Below, piece by piece: positions 46,069 through 55,918 of a stretch of DNA of 64,000 nucleotides (its first letter is position 1; each line of letters starts with the position of its first letter). Location of the stretch: positions 1,434 to 65,433 of the forward strand of contig JAJCZH010000029.1 of NCBI GenBank assembly GCA_029262515.1, read 5' to 3'. A model generated the notes under the pieces. The model ran no database searches. It had not been told where the DNA came from and was given only the letters and a program-made list of their open reading frames with translations. The DNA comes from Deltaproteobacteria bacterium. Lineage in GTDB: Bacteria > Desulfobacterota > GWC2-55-46 > JADFVP01. The translations under genes and the position numbers were made by a program.

Positions 46069-46967
46069 AACCGCCTCCGACCTGTACCGGTAGCCTTAAC
46101 CAGACCCAACATCCTGCCCGTGCCGGACTTGCCACATATGGTAACGTCTCTTCTATACGAGAAAAAGAGCTCTCTGTTGCAGCATGTGCATTCACCCGAT
46201 ACGTCTATATTCCCCGTGGCAATTCCTGAATCGAGCAACTGAGTTCTGTTAGCGCCTTTGAGATCGAAAGCCAAACGCCGGTCTTCTAAAAGCGCAGTGC
46301 CCGCTTCGTCGGCAGAAAAGTAAAAAAAAGCCTTTGCAGACTCTCCGAATGCAGAACAGAATTTATCGTAGAACTCCTCTTGAACGGTATAACAACAGAC
46401 GCCTATAGACGGGCCGAGCGCCGCTTTAATATCGTCTGTGCGGCTACCGTACTCTTTAACCATGACCTCTATTGCCTTCTGCACGATCCTTTCATGCGTG
46501 CCGCGCCAACCGGCATGAACAGCCCCTACGGCCCCGGTAACAGGATCGTACAAGAGTACCGGCAGACAGTCCGCTGTCAGAACCCCTACCGTCGCACCAG
46601 GGCTAGCCGTTACTATTGCATCGGCCTCTACGCCGGGCAGGCCATCAAACACCCGCTCATCAACGCCCTCTTCGGGCTCGAACTTAAAGACCCTATCGCC
46701 ATGCACCTGAGAGACGAGGGCACACTTTAAAGAGTCCACCCCGAGAGCAGAACCGAGACGGCGCAGATTCTCGCCCCTCTCCTCACCTCTCTTTTTCGCC
46801 CCTCTTTTACCTTCAGCGCCTGCGGCCCTGCTGAAGTCGAGTGAATCGAAGGGCGCTGAGCTTACCCCGCCTATGCGCGTTGTAAAAGCGTTTAGAGCTT
46901 TTTTACCGCCCAACGAAAAACCCTTAGAGGTAAAGTATCTTATCCCGTTACAAGCTCTCAATTTCAT
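46065..46967 (-). CDS. pgeF: YfiH/PgeF (DUF152) family purine-nucleoside phosphorylase / peptidoglycan editing factor
   Basis: 'LTADCLPVLLYD', 'AVHAGWRG' conserved His/Cys/His triad. Confidence 0.7.
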   Translation of the reverse strand: MKLRACNGIRYFTSKGFSLGGKKALNAFTTRIGGVSSAPFDSLDFSRAAGAEGKRGAKKRGEERGENLRRLGSALGVDSLKCALVSQVHGDRVFKFEPEEGVDERVFDGLPGVEADAIVTASPGATVGVLTADCLPVLLYDPVTGAVGAVHAGWRGTHERIVQKAIEVMVKEYGSRTDDIKAALGPSIGVCCYTVQEEFYDKFCSAFGESAKAFFYFSADEAGTALLEDRRLAFDLKGANRTQLLDSGIATGNIDVSGECTCCNRELFFSYRRDVTICGKSGTGRMLGLVKATGTGRRRL

Positions 46968-46978
46968 AATGAAACCTG

Positions 46979-47941
46979 CTATTTCTTTACGGCTTTTTCC
47001 AACCTGCCTACCAGCTCTGCCATGTCGGGCGGCATAGGAGCTGAAAACTCCATAAACTCACCGGTCACAGGATGTTGTATACCTAGAGTAGCGGCATGGA
47101 GCAGCTGCCTCTTTATCCGTTTTATAGAGTCGTAGACCGGTTTGTCGAGCCCTGTATGCGGTTTACGGGTACCGTAGACCTGATCACCTACTATCGGGTG
47201 ATTTATACTCGTCAAGTGAACGCGTATCTGGTGCGTCCTGCCGGTCTCGGGTTGCAGCTCAACAAGAGTAAAACCGGGGTAACTCTTCAACACAGTGTAG
47301 AGGGTCGCGGCGTTGCGTCTCTTTTTAGAACGTATTGATATTTTTTTTCTGTCTGCTATATCGCGCCCCAATGGTGCGTCTATCCTGCCGCTCTTCTTCT
47401 TTACTACCCCCCAGACGAGTGCAACGTAAGACCTGCTTGGCGTATGCTCTTTAAACTGGGTGGCAAGGTTCGGGTGGCTAGCATCGTTTTTAGCTACAAC
47501 CATTACCCCTGTCGTGTCCATGTCGAGCCTGTGTACCACGCCCGGCCTCACTGGCGCGCCAATCGACGACAAGCCTCCGGCTCTACCGATAAGGGCGTTA
47601 ACGAGCGTGCCATCCGGACGCCCGGCGCCAGGGTGAACCGCCATTCCCGCACTCTTGTTAACGACTACAATGTCGTCATCTTCATAGAGTATATCAAGTT
47701 CAACGGGACAATATGTAAGCTCCGGCGGGGGTGGAGCCGGCACAACGACAACTACTCTTTCGCCACCCTTTAACAGACGCCCGGCCTTCCCGGCCACTCT
47801 GTCCGCAACAGATACATGACCATCGGCAATAATGTTCTTTAAGCGAGAGCGGGTTATATCGGGGAGTCTTTCGGTCAAAAAGATATCGAGCCGTGTTCCG
47901 ACCTCTTCCAACGTAACGGTATAGGTGTGTAGATCTGCCAT
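46979..47941 (-). CDS. rluD: 23S rRNA pseudouridine synthase (RluA family, RluD-like, with an S4 domain)
   Basis: 'HRLDMDTTGVMVVAKN' catalytic Asp motif. N-terminal S4-like region. Confidence 0.8.
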   Translation of the reverse strand: MADLHTYTVTLEEVGTRLDIFLTERLPDITRSRLKNIIADGHVSVADRVAGKAGRLLKGGERVVVVVPAPPPPELTYCPVELDILYEDDDIVVVNKSAGMAVHPGAGRPDGTLVNALIGRAGGLSSIGAPVRPGVVHRLDMDTTGVMVVAKNDASHPNLATQFKEHTPSRSYVALVWGVVKKKSGRIDAPLGRDIADRKKISIRSKKRRNAATLYTVLKSYPGFTLVELQPETGRTHQIRVHLTSINHPIVGDQVYGTRKPHTGLDKPVYDSIKRIKRQLLHAATLGIQHPVTGEFMEFSAPMPPDMAELVGRLEKAVKK

Positions 47942-48077
47942 TGAGTTTTTGGAAAGTACCTTAAGAAGTGTCAGTTACAGGAAAAGAACGGAAATCGAAT
48001 AAGAGCTGGGTAGATGGCAAGCAAATTACGTTATACGGGCCGGAGCCCATCTATATGACCGGTCTAAATTAAAAGAG

Positions 48078-48344
48078 CTACCAGATATCCGACTCTATGC
48101 TGCCGTACCGTTTAATCAGAATATCGACGACCGCCTTATTGAAGAAGTTATTCTTCTTGTCTACCTCTGGGTCTACCTTGCTTCTGTAGAGCACCAACCC
48201 CTCGTTGAGCTCATCTGCCAACAGCTCGAAGATATTGTCATTCTTAATGCCGCTATCTATCTTATCCTTATTATAGATGGCGACATCTGCGATAATGGTG
48301 CGGGCGAGGCGTGCGGCTGCTTCGGTATCAGTTATTAGTGACAT
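48078..48344 (-). CDS. Hypothetical small protein
   Basis: 88 aa ORF overlapping the GntR gene stop. Confidence 0.35.
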   Translation of the reverse strand: MSLITDTEAAARLARTIIADVAIYNKDKIDSGIKNDNIFELLADELNEGLVLYRSKVDPEVDKKNNFFNKAVVDILIKRYGSIESDIW

Positions 48345-49056
48345 GCTTAGACTTCTCTTTTAAAATTTCTTCTACCAGAAGATCCCTGCCCTTCTCTGCA
48401 TTGGCCATAACAAGGGTCTCGACCTTCGTTGCGTTCATCTGCTTGAAGGCATCTATTATATCTGAGTGCTGCCTCAACGATACCTCCATCCTGCCGGGCA
48501 GCGAAAGAGCCGTCATTCTGAACCGCTCAAACTGCTGTACAAGAGCGTGGACCAGAGTTAGAAGCTTGTCATTGCCGCAAGCGCGCAAGAAAGTAGCGTG
48601 AAAGTCGTTATCGTAACGGAAAAAGCCTTTAAAATCTTCCTTTGCCTCGCATTTAACCATACTGGCATTGAGTGCTTCAAGCCTTTTTATATCTTTGTCC
48701 GTCATCTTGTCACAGGCAGTCCTGGCGGCATACCCTTCCAAAAGGCTCTTTATCTCATAAAACTCTTTTACGTCACGGTCGGTAATCGGGCTTACTACAG
48801 CACCTTTTCTCGGCGTCACGGTAATAAAACCTTCGGACTCCAACTGCCTGAAGGCCTCACGTATCGGCGTACGGCTTATACCGAGGTTCTCGGCTATCTC
48901 AGACTCCGGTACGCGCTCACCCGGCTTCAAACGCCCGGAGACTATCGAATCTTTAATAAAATCGACAATCTGCTCCCTGAGCGTCATCGGTTTTTCTAAC
49001 GGATAATCGAGTGAACCAGTTCTCTGCATCTGTAAATGCCTATTTAAGTATAACAA
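48328..49056 (-). CDS. GntR/FadR-family transcriptional regulator (FCD domain); the start may be an internal Met
   Basis: 'ESEIAENLGISRTPIREAFRQLESEGFI' winged HTH. Confidence 0.75.
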   Translation of the reverse strand: MLYLNRHLQMQRTGSLDYPLEKPMTLREQIVDFIKDSIVSGRLKPGERVPESEIAENLGISRTPIREAFRQLESEGFITVTPRKGAVVSPITDRDVKEFYEIKSLLEGYAARTACDKMTDKDIKRLEALNASMVKCEAKEDFKGFFRYDNDFHATFLRACGNDKLLTLVHALVQQFERFRMTALSLPGRMEVSLRQHSDIIDAFKQMNATKVETLVMANAEKGRDLLVEEILKEKSKHVTNN

Positions 49057-49321
49057 TCTGTTCCGTTAACATATGCGGCCGCGGCATATGAAATATCTAC
49101 TCTAAAAGTGGCCACAAGATACCTTTAATGTATACTGTATACATACAAAAAGTCAAGGTTTTTTTATAGCTTACGCCACCGCATAGAGACACGACCGGAC
49201 CCTATTCAACTCATTAGGCCTTGCGCCTACCCTCAAGACTTGCTATTACCATTTATAATGGATATAGTTCGTTTAAGCAGAAAAGAGCACTCAAACCAAC
49301 GGCCTAAAGATACGGATCAAC

Positions 49322-50095
49322 ATGGTGCAGACCCAGCCGGTTCAGGTACATATTCCATTCAAAAAGCTGGCAAGTGAACTCGATGCTATTATCGAAGCAC
49401 GAATAAACCCCGAGATATACCTCGACGGCGATTATCTTGCAAATGCCGACACTCTCGTTCTTGACGAGATAAGAAAGCGGCTCGACGAGTACAACCTGAG
49501 GGTGACTATGCACGGGCCGTATATGGGAACGAGTCCCGGCAGCCCGGACGAGCAGAGGAGGATAAGTACCGTCGAGGTCTACCGCACGGCACTGAGGGCG
49601 GCAGCACACCTCAGACCAGTCAATATAGTACTGCACGCCGGTTACAACGAAGACCGTTACAATGGCGACATAGACTGGTGGCTCCACCAGTCTATGAAGA
49701 CGTGGGGCGAAGTCGTAAAAGAGGCCGAAGACATAGGCGTAACCATAGCCGCAGAGAATATCTTTGAAAAAAACCCATTTCCACTGCGCACCCTCTCGGA
49801 GACCGTGGGGTCGCCACGATTCGGAATCTGCATAGATACGGGACACCTTAATATCTTCTCCGAGATACCGCTCGAAGAGTGGTTCGTCTCGATAGCCGAA
49901 CACGTCAAAGAGGTCCACATACACGACAACAACGGCTCAAGCGACGAGCACCTGCCTATAGGAGAGGGCAACATCGACTTCACTACACTCTTCAAGGCGC
50001 TCAAAGAGAACTCGCCCGAAGCACTGTTGACTATAGAGCCGCACGGAGATGACGCGATCAGGCGGGGGCTCAAGGCGATACACGAGTTCCTGTAA
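49322..50095 (+). CDS. Sugar phosphate isomerase/epimerase (xylose-isomerase-like TIM barrel)
   Basis: 'IVLHAGY', 'IAAENIFE', 'IDTGHLNIF', 'HIHDN' metal-binding pattern. Confidence 0.7.
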   Translation: MVQTQPVQVHIPFKKLASELDAIIEARINPEIYLDGDYLANADTLVLDEIRKRLDEYNLRVTMHGPYMGTSPGSPDEQRRISTVEVYRTALRAAAHLRPVNIVLHAGYNEDRYNGDIDWWLHQSMKTWGEVVKEAEDIGVTIAAENIFEKNPFPLRTLSETVGSPRFGICIDTGHLNIFSEIPLEEWFVSIAEHVKEVHIHDNNGSSDEHLPIGEGNIDFTTLFKALKENSPEALLTIEPHGDDAIRRGLKAIHEFL

Positions 50096-50223
50096 AAACC
50101 TTTCTTCTTTATCAATAAATCTTCTTCTTGAAACTTCTCTTTCTTAAGAAACCAGACTTGAAAATAAAAAAGGCCGGTTCAATTACCATTGAACCGGCCA
50201 CATAAACTAAAACCGAGAAGACG

Positions 50224-50889
50224 TTACTCTGTAACCTCTTCAGAGTCGATTGCGCGTTTTATCTTCGGGATAAGCCCTTCTATTATTTTTGCCAACGCCT
50301 GAAAATCGAAGACCTCACCCCTGTAGTAGAACTTGTTTGTCTGACCGTCATACTGTCTCAAGATATTGAGACGCGCCGAACCGACCGGGTCGCCTGCTTT
50401 TCCAACCTTATTATCTATATAATTATCGGTATCTGCGGCATCGATCCACTCGTCGAGGAACTCATCGAAATGCTCCTCGTGGTCGCGAATGACCACGTCC
50501 CCTATCATCTGCGCCTCTTCGACGCTCAGGTTAACAGCAGCAGAGAGCTCTCGCGCGCGCTCCACTACCCTTTGACTGCGCACATCAAAGTCCACATCCC
50601 CCTCACCTTCGCGCCTGAAGGCGCCGGCCGGACAGAGTAACCTTGATATATTGCTCATGTGCGCCATAAAACTGTGGGCCGACCGGAAGACCTCATTCTG
50701 CCAATACGACCTCTCACTTGACGAGAAGTCCTTGCTGATATCCGGGCTGGTCCTCGGAAGCGACTGGTTGAGTATATCGATAGAGTTTGCAACATAGAAG
50801 CACTGCTTGAATAGTTCGTTTAGATATATCTTTCTGACCTTCGGTTCCATTCTCCTGCCTTTCGTTATGTTATAAAAGTAACGTCGCAA
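50224..50889 (-). CDS. Hypothetical protein
   Basis: 221 aa ORF, acidic, no recognizable motif. Confidence 0.4.
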   Translation of the reverse strand: MRRYFYNITKGRRMEPKVRKIYLNELFKQCFYVANSIDILNQSLPRTSPDISKDFSSSERSYWQNEVFRSAHSFMAHMSNISRLLCPAGAFRREGEGDVDFDVRSQRVVERARELSAAVNLSVEEAQMIGDVVIRDHEEHFDEFLDEWIDAADTDNYIDNKVGKAGDPVGSARLNILRQYDGQTNKFYYRGEVFDFQALAKIIEGLIPKIKRAIDSEEVTE

Positions 50890-50936
50890 CGGATAATGTA
50901 ACCCGGTGCGCGCTTATAGCTATTCTTTAAAAAGAT

Positions 50937-51313
50937 CTATACCAGGCGTCCCGCTGCAACGCCGAGCAGAAGAAAAATCAGCCCGGTGATATTCTGCAAA
51001 GCGATATTGCCTATTGCCAGGGCGAACTGTGAGCCGCGCAGAAGCGAGCCGGTGTCGAAGATAAAGGTCGAAAAGGTGGTCAGCGCCCCCATAAAACCGA
51101 CCAAAATTACCGCACGCGCCTGCGGCCCAATAACAAACCTCTCCTCTGCCAGCGTCCAGACAAAACCGAAGAGCAGGCAACCGAGCATATTGACGGAAAA
51201 AGTACCCCACGGAAAGACCTCCGCCCCGGAAGCGCGCTGAACATAACCGCCGAGGTAGTACCGCGCCAGAGTTCCAAAAGCGCCTGCTATGGCTATAAGG
51301 AGTATCTTCATAA
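50937..51313 (-). CDS. crcB: Fluoride ion channel CrcB/FluC (start 'MKILLIAI'; the ORF-track frame extends to 51473)
   Basis: About 125 aa with four TM helices, 'GAFGTLARY...GALTTFSTF'. Confidence 0.75.
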
Positions 51314-51433
51314 TGTCAAAACAGAGTTTAAAGCGTCCGAAATCTCTACTTTTATACAATAGAGTCCGAGTAAAAAGCAAATTTTTTGTACTCTTGCGCT
51401 CTATCAGCCAGTTACCTCTACCCAACTGCAACT

Positions 51434-51458
51434 CAATTAATAGACAGGCTATTAATTG
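51434..51458. promoter_or_regulatory. Perfect 10-bp palindrome 'caattaatag-acagg-ctattaattg' in the crcB/tolQ divergent intergenic region. Candidate operator.
   Basis: Read directly from the sequence. Confidence 0.35.
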
Positions 51459-51569
51459 ACTTACCCGGCACAATGGTGTTACTTTTCTACTTTCTGTCCA
51501 GCGTATTATAATAAAGGTTATCTTTTGTGACCGGCATCACCCCATGATTAGTGCAACATATGATACTGT

Positions 51570-52292
51570 TTGAGCACCAAAAACTTATTGAGGAATAAAA
51601 AATTGAACGAACTCGCACTAGACACAGGTTTATGGCATATGATGACCAATGCCGGCCCTATGGTCAAGCTGGTCTTGCTTCTTCTGCTCGGGTTCTCCAT
51701 ACTCTCATGGGCCATTATCATCAATAAGCTGCTGCTGCTGAAGAAGGTAGAGGCAGAGACCTCCGCTTTCTACGATCTCTTCTGGAAAAAAGAGCAGTTG
51801 GAGCAGGTCGCGGCAGCAGCGAGAAATTATAAGAGAACACCGCTTTCGCACCTCTTTATGGCTGTCTACTCCGAGTTCTCTACAGAGATAAAGGCCGACA
51901 GGCAAGAACCGGGTCGCCCGGGAGACAGAAGATCTATCGACCGCATGCAGCGTCTCTTAAAGAAGACCGGCGCCAAAGAGCTTGCCCGCATAGAATACGC
52001 AGTTCCCTTTCTTGCGACAAGCGGTAATACCGCGCCGTTTATAGGCCTCTTCGGAACAGTATGGGGCATCATGAACTCTTTCAGGTCTATAGGCGCAAAA
52101 GGCGCGGCCAACCTCGCTGTAGTAGCCCCTGGTATTTCAGAGGCGCTCGTGGCAACCGCCATGGGCCTTCTCGTCGCCATACCTGCGGTTGTCGGTTATA
52201 ACTTTATAGTGTCAAGAACGGCGCGGGTAGCCGCAGAGATGGAGAACTTCACCTCTGACCTTATAAACGTATTCGAAAAGAAGATTCGTTAA
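51570..52292 (+). CDS. tolQ: Tol-Pal system protein TolQ (MotA/TolQ/ExbB proton channel)
   Basis: Three TM helices. 'SGNTAPFIGLFGTVWGIM' is the family signature. Confidence 0.8.
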   Translation: MSTKNLLRNKKLNELALDTGLWHMMTNAGPMVKLVLLLLLGFSILSWAIIINKLLLLKKVEAETSAFYDLFWKKEQLEQVAAAARNYKRTPLSHLFMAVYSEFSTEIKADRQEPGRPGDRRSIDRMQRLLKKTGAKELARIEYAVPFLATSGNTAPFIGLFGTVWGIMNSFRSIGAKGAANLAVVAPGISEALVATAMGLLVAIPAVVGYNFIVSRTARVAAEMENFTSDLINVFEKKIR

Positions 52293-52363
52293 GGTAGCGA
52301 TTAAGATAACGACAACCCTCTATAGCAAAAACCCGGAACAAGATCCTAAAGGAGTTTCAACGG

Positions 52364-52777
52364 TTGGAGTTCAACAGCATAGGTAAAAAACAGCTGATGT
52401 CGCAGATAAACGTCACTCCGTTGGTAGACGTAATGCTGGTGTTGCTGATAATCTTTATGGTCGCGGCGCCGATGATGCAGTCCGGTATAGACGTTGACCT
52501 GCCTAAGGTCGAGTCTTCGGCTATACAGAGCCACGACGAGCCGTTAGTAATAAGCATAGACAAGCGACTGAGAATCTTTTTAGGCAAGAAGCGGATAAAA
52601 CAGAGTAAACTGAAGACCAAGCTCGCCGCCATAAAGAAGAGCAGAGGAGAAGTCTCGGTGCTGCTCAAGGCCGACGAAAAGGTCCCGTACGGAACTGTCG
52701 TAAGGACTATGGCGGAAATAAGAAAAGGCGGCATCGAGAAGATAGGCATGGTGACCGAGCCTGCGGACGCCAGGTAA
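52364..52777 (+). CDS. tolR: Tol-Pal system protein TolR (ExbD/TolR)
   Basis: 'INVTPLVDVMLVLLIIFMV' family motif. Confidence 0.8.
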   Translation: MEFNSIGKKQLMSQINVTPLVDVMLVLLIIFMVAAPMMQSGIDVDLPKVESSAIQSHDEPLVISIDKRLRIFLGKKRIKQSKLKTKLAAIKKSRGEVSVLLKADEKVPYGTVVRTMAEIRKGGIEKIGMVTEPADAR

Positions 52778-52849
52778 CCCCCAGAAAAAAAACAAATCGA
52801 GTGGCCCGCCAACTTAAATAGCAATAGTACAGACTTACGAGTATGACTT

Positions 52850-53725
52850 ATGGCAAGTACCATGCATCAACCACCGAAAGAATTACTACGGGTCATCGGC
52901 GGCTCAATCGTTCTGCATGCCGTAATAATAACAGCCGCTATCGTAATACTGAACCATGCTCCCAAAAGAGAGTTCCTGACACCCGTCTACTCCGTAAGCC
53001 TCATAGCCCCCGAGAAGAAAGTACAAAAGACCCCGGCCGTAAAAGTACAGGCGAAACCACCAGTAAAACCCGCGCCAATAAAAACCAAGACAATCAAGAC
53101 AATAAAGACGGCACCCGTCAAGAAAGAGAAACAAAAGAGTATCACTGTCGTTGACGATAGCGCCAAAAAGGAACAAAAGAAGAAAAAAACAGAGGCAATA
53201 GAGACGGCTGTTGAGAAGATCAAGAAGGACCTGGTTAAGCAGGAAGAGCAGAAACTCATCGCCTCCAGGATAGCCGAACTGGCCGGGCGCACAGAGGCCG
53301 AGGATGTCAATAGAAAAAAACGACTAGAAGAGATACGCAGCGGCCTTATCTTCAGGGATGAAAAGGAGAAAGAGAAACCGGAAGCAACCGAGGCGCCAGT
53401 ACAGAGTACAACCGGAACCGAGGCCAACGGATTAGAGGCGAGCCTCTATCTCTCGCTGCTTCGCGATCAGATACAGAATGAGTGGAGCTACCCGGAGGTG
53501 ATGCGGGGCAAGAACCTCTCGGTAATCGTCGGTATCAAAATTGACAGGGCAGGGCGCATTGTGAAGCTTAACGTCGAGAAGAGCTCCGGCAACCCGAGGT
53601 TCGACGACTCACTGCTGCGCGCCGTTAAGAAGGCCGCACCCTTCAGTCCTCTTCCGGAAGACTTCAAGAACAGATACCTAGAAACCGGGTTGCGCTTCTG
53701 CCCGTCATGCAAGGACATGGAATGA
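52850..53725 (+). CDS. tolA: Tol-Pal system protein TolA (TonB C-terminal-like domain)
   Basis: N-terminal TM, Lys/Pro/Glu-rich central helix, C-terminal 'GKNLSVIVGIKIDRAGRIVKLNV...SGNPRFDDSLLRAV'. Confidence 0.7.
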   Translation: MASTMHQPPKELLRVIGGSIVLHAVIITAAIVILNHAPKREFLTPVYSVSLIAPEKKVQKTPAVKVQAKPPVKPAPIKTKTIKTIKTAPVKKEKQKSITVVDDSAKKEQKKKKTEAIETAVEKIKKDLVKQEEQKLIASRIAELAGRTEAEDVNRKKRLEEIRSGLIFRDEKEKEKPEATEAPVQSTTGTEANGLEASLYLSLLRDQIQNEWSYPEVMRGKNLSVIVGIKIDRAGRIVKLNVEKSSGNPRFDDSLLRAVKKAAPFSPLPEDFKNRYLETGLRFCPSCKDME

Positions 53726-55089
53726 CAAAGAGAGAGAGTATGAACGACAGGACCACTCGAGTACTTACTACCCTGCTATGTATACTAATCGGCAGCATTT
53801 GCATACTAAGCGCAAACAGCGTGCGCGCAAAGGTCTATATAGACCTCGATGCCCCTGCCATAGAGAAGCTGCCCGTGGCAGTGCAAGAGTTCGTATACCT
53901 CGGTGACGAACCGGGACTCAATACGGATACCGAGCAGCTCGAAAGAGTCGCAGAGATAATAAGAGATACCATAGAGGACGACCTCGACTTCTCTGGGCTC
54001 TTTCGCATAATAGACGAAGAGGCCTTTCTGGAGGAGGTAACGGAAAACGGGCTGAATGCAGCGGATACCGACTTTGAACAGTGGCGGATAACCGGAGCCG
54101 AGGCCGTGATAAAGGGCGGTTTCAGAATAGAAAATGGAAAACTGGAAGTTGATGTCCGCCTCTTTGATGCCGTAAAAGAGAGTACGATTATAGCGAAAAA
54201 GTATATCGGTAATCCGAAAAGGCCAAAGAGGCTCGCACATTACTTCACCGACCAGCTCTACGAAAAACTTACAGGAAGAAAAGGCATCTTCTCAACACGC
54301 CAGCTCTTCGTCTCTTCAAGCTCAGGCAATAAAGAGCTCTACGTCTCAGACTACGACGGGTCGAACGCGCGGCGCATAACGCGTAACGGTTCGATTAACT
54401 TATCGCCCCAGTGGTCGCCTGACGGGAAGAAGCTGATCTACACGTCGTATAAAGAGGGCTGTGCGTGCCTCTACATGCTCGATCTCAAAACCGGACAGGA
54501 CCGGGCGCTGTCAAAGAATCCGGGAATAAACATCAGCGGCCGCTTCTCGCCCAACGGAGAGTCCGTAGCCCTTACGCTTAGTTCCAAAGAGAGTCCCGAT
54601 CTATACATATTAGACATAGAAACCGGCACTAAAAAGAGGCTGACAAAGAACTACGGGATAGACGTCTCGCCGAGCTTCTCGCCGGACGGAAAAAGGGTGG
54701 CATACGTGTCAGATATTAGTGGCAATCCCCATATCTTTGTGTTAGATTTAACCACTGGAAAAAGGCGTCGCCTAACATATAAAGGGGGCTATAATTCCAG
54801 TCCTGCATGGTCTCCGGATGGAAAATGGATAGCCTTTTCAAGGGCTTCCAAAGGTAAATTCGATATTTGGTTACTGCGCGTCGATGGGTTCGGAGGCGCG
54901 CGCCTTACCTGGACAGGCAGTAACAAGGCTCCGTCATGGTCTCCTGATTCGAGGCAGATAGTCTTCAGTTCCACCCGCTCCGATCACACATCTTTATATG
55001 TAATACAACGTGACGGTACAGGGCTTAGAAAACTCAAGACAGAAATAGGCAACGAACAGACCCCATCATGGTCGCCGTACTTGAATTAA
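53707..55089 (+). CDS. tolB: Tol-Pal system beta-propeller protein TolB
   Basis: Repeated 'SP.WSPDGK' propeller blades. Signal peptide. Confidence 0.85.
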   Translation: MQGHGMTKRESMNDRTTRVLTTLLCILIGSICILSANSVRAKVYIDLDAPAIEKLPVAVQEFVYLGDEPGLNTDTEQLERVAEIIRDTIEDDLDFSGLFRIIDEEAFLEEVTENGLNAADTDFEQWRITGAEAVIKGGFRIENGKLEVDVRLFDAVKESTIIAKKYIGNPKRPKRLAHYFTDQLYEKLTGRKGIFSTRQLFVSSSSGNKELYVSDYDGSNARRITRNGSINLSPQWSPDGKKLIYTSYKEGCACLYMLDLKTGQDRALSKNPGINISGRFSPNGESVALTLSSKESPDLYILDIETGTKKRLTKNYGIDVSPSFSPDGKRVAYVSDISGNPHIFVLDLTTGKRRRLTYKGGYNSSPAWSPDGKWIAFSRASKGKFDIWLLRVDGFGGARLTWTGSNKAPSWSPDSRQIVFSSTRSDHTSLYVIQRDGTGLRKLKTEIGNEQTPSWSPYLN

Positions 55090-55168
55090 AAAATAAACCG
55101 ACACCGCTTGAAATAGAATACGCTCATTAGTACAAAAACATAATATTTCCGAATAAGGAGGGGAGTAG

Positions 55169-55729
55169 ATGCATCGATTCTTAAGATTCCTACCGATACT
55201 TGTCATAACCCTCGCGCTTGTCTCCTGTAAGGGCGCAATGGTTAAAGAAGAGAGCGCAGGCACGACAGTACCCGATGACGAGATAGTAACCGAAGAGATC
55301 TTAGAAGTACCCGATGTGGGTGCCGACAGTATTGAGGTACGCGGACTCAACGAAACGGCTTCTAGCGAAGAGCTTGAGATGAAGGCCGAGAAGGGGCGCC
55401 TGTACACCGTTCACTTCGACTTCGATAAGTACACGATCAAAGCCGAGTACAAAGACGAGTTGAAGCATAACGCACGCTGGCTCAAAAAGAACAACGGAGT
55501 TAAGGTGCGCGTAGAAGGGCATGCTGACGAGAGAGGCGAGAACGAATACAACCTGGCACTCGGTGAAAAGAGGGCAATCAGCGTCAAGAATTACCTCTCG
55601 GTTCTCGGTGTTAACCCCAAAAATATTACTACGCTCAGTTACGGCGAAGAGAAACCTCTCAATAAAGAGCATAACGAAGAGGCCTGGGGTATCAACAGGC
55701 GGGCGGACTTCACAATCATCAACAGATAA
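55169..55729 (+). CDS. pal: Peptidoglycan-associated lipoprotein Pal (OmpA-like)
   Basis: Lipobox 'LALVSC'. OmpA domain 'VHFDFDKYTIK...RVEGHADERGENEYNLALGEKRA'. Confidence 0.85.
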   Translation: MHRFLRFLPILVITLALVSCKGAMVKEESAGTTVPDDEIVTEEILEVPDVGADSIEVRGLNETASSEELEMKAEKGRLYTVHFDFDKYTIKAEYKDELKHNARWLKKNNGVKVRVEGHADERGENEYNLALGEKRAISVKNYLSVLGVNPKNITTLSYGEEKPLNKEHNEEAWGINRRADFTIINR

Positions 55730-55732
55730 TAA

Positions 55733-55777
55733 AAGTATCCCGCCCCTAGAGACCTGTGAGGGCGGGATACTTTTATA
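55733..55777 (+). terminator. Rho-independent terminator after pal
   Basis: 'gtatcccgcccc...gggcgggatac' hairpin followed by 'ttttat'. Confidence 0.6.
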
Positions 55778-55918
55778 CTAAATAACTGAGATGCAGGGAC
55801 GCAAAAAAGTATGGTTTAAGAAAAGACCGAGTCCCCTGATACTGAAGCCTGCAACCGGCCTTTCTTACGCCCCTATCCTACCTTCTCGCCATACAACATC
55901 TTTAAGAGAGCAAATCCA

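Noticed and set aside
51314-51569. Possible fluoride riboswitch upstream of crcB
   Set aside because: I scanned the minus strand for the GGnGAUGG...CUAAUGA-type conserved core. Only a weak 'ggggtgatgccgg' was found, about 200 nt upstream and in the wrong context (next to the tolQ start). This is not supportable without an Infernal search.
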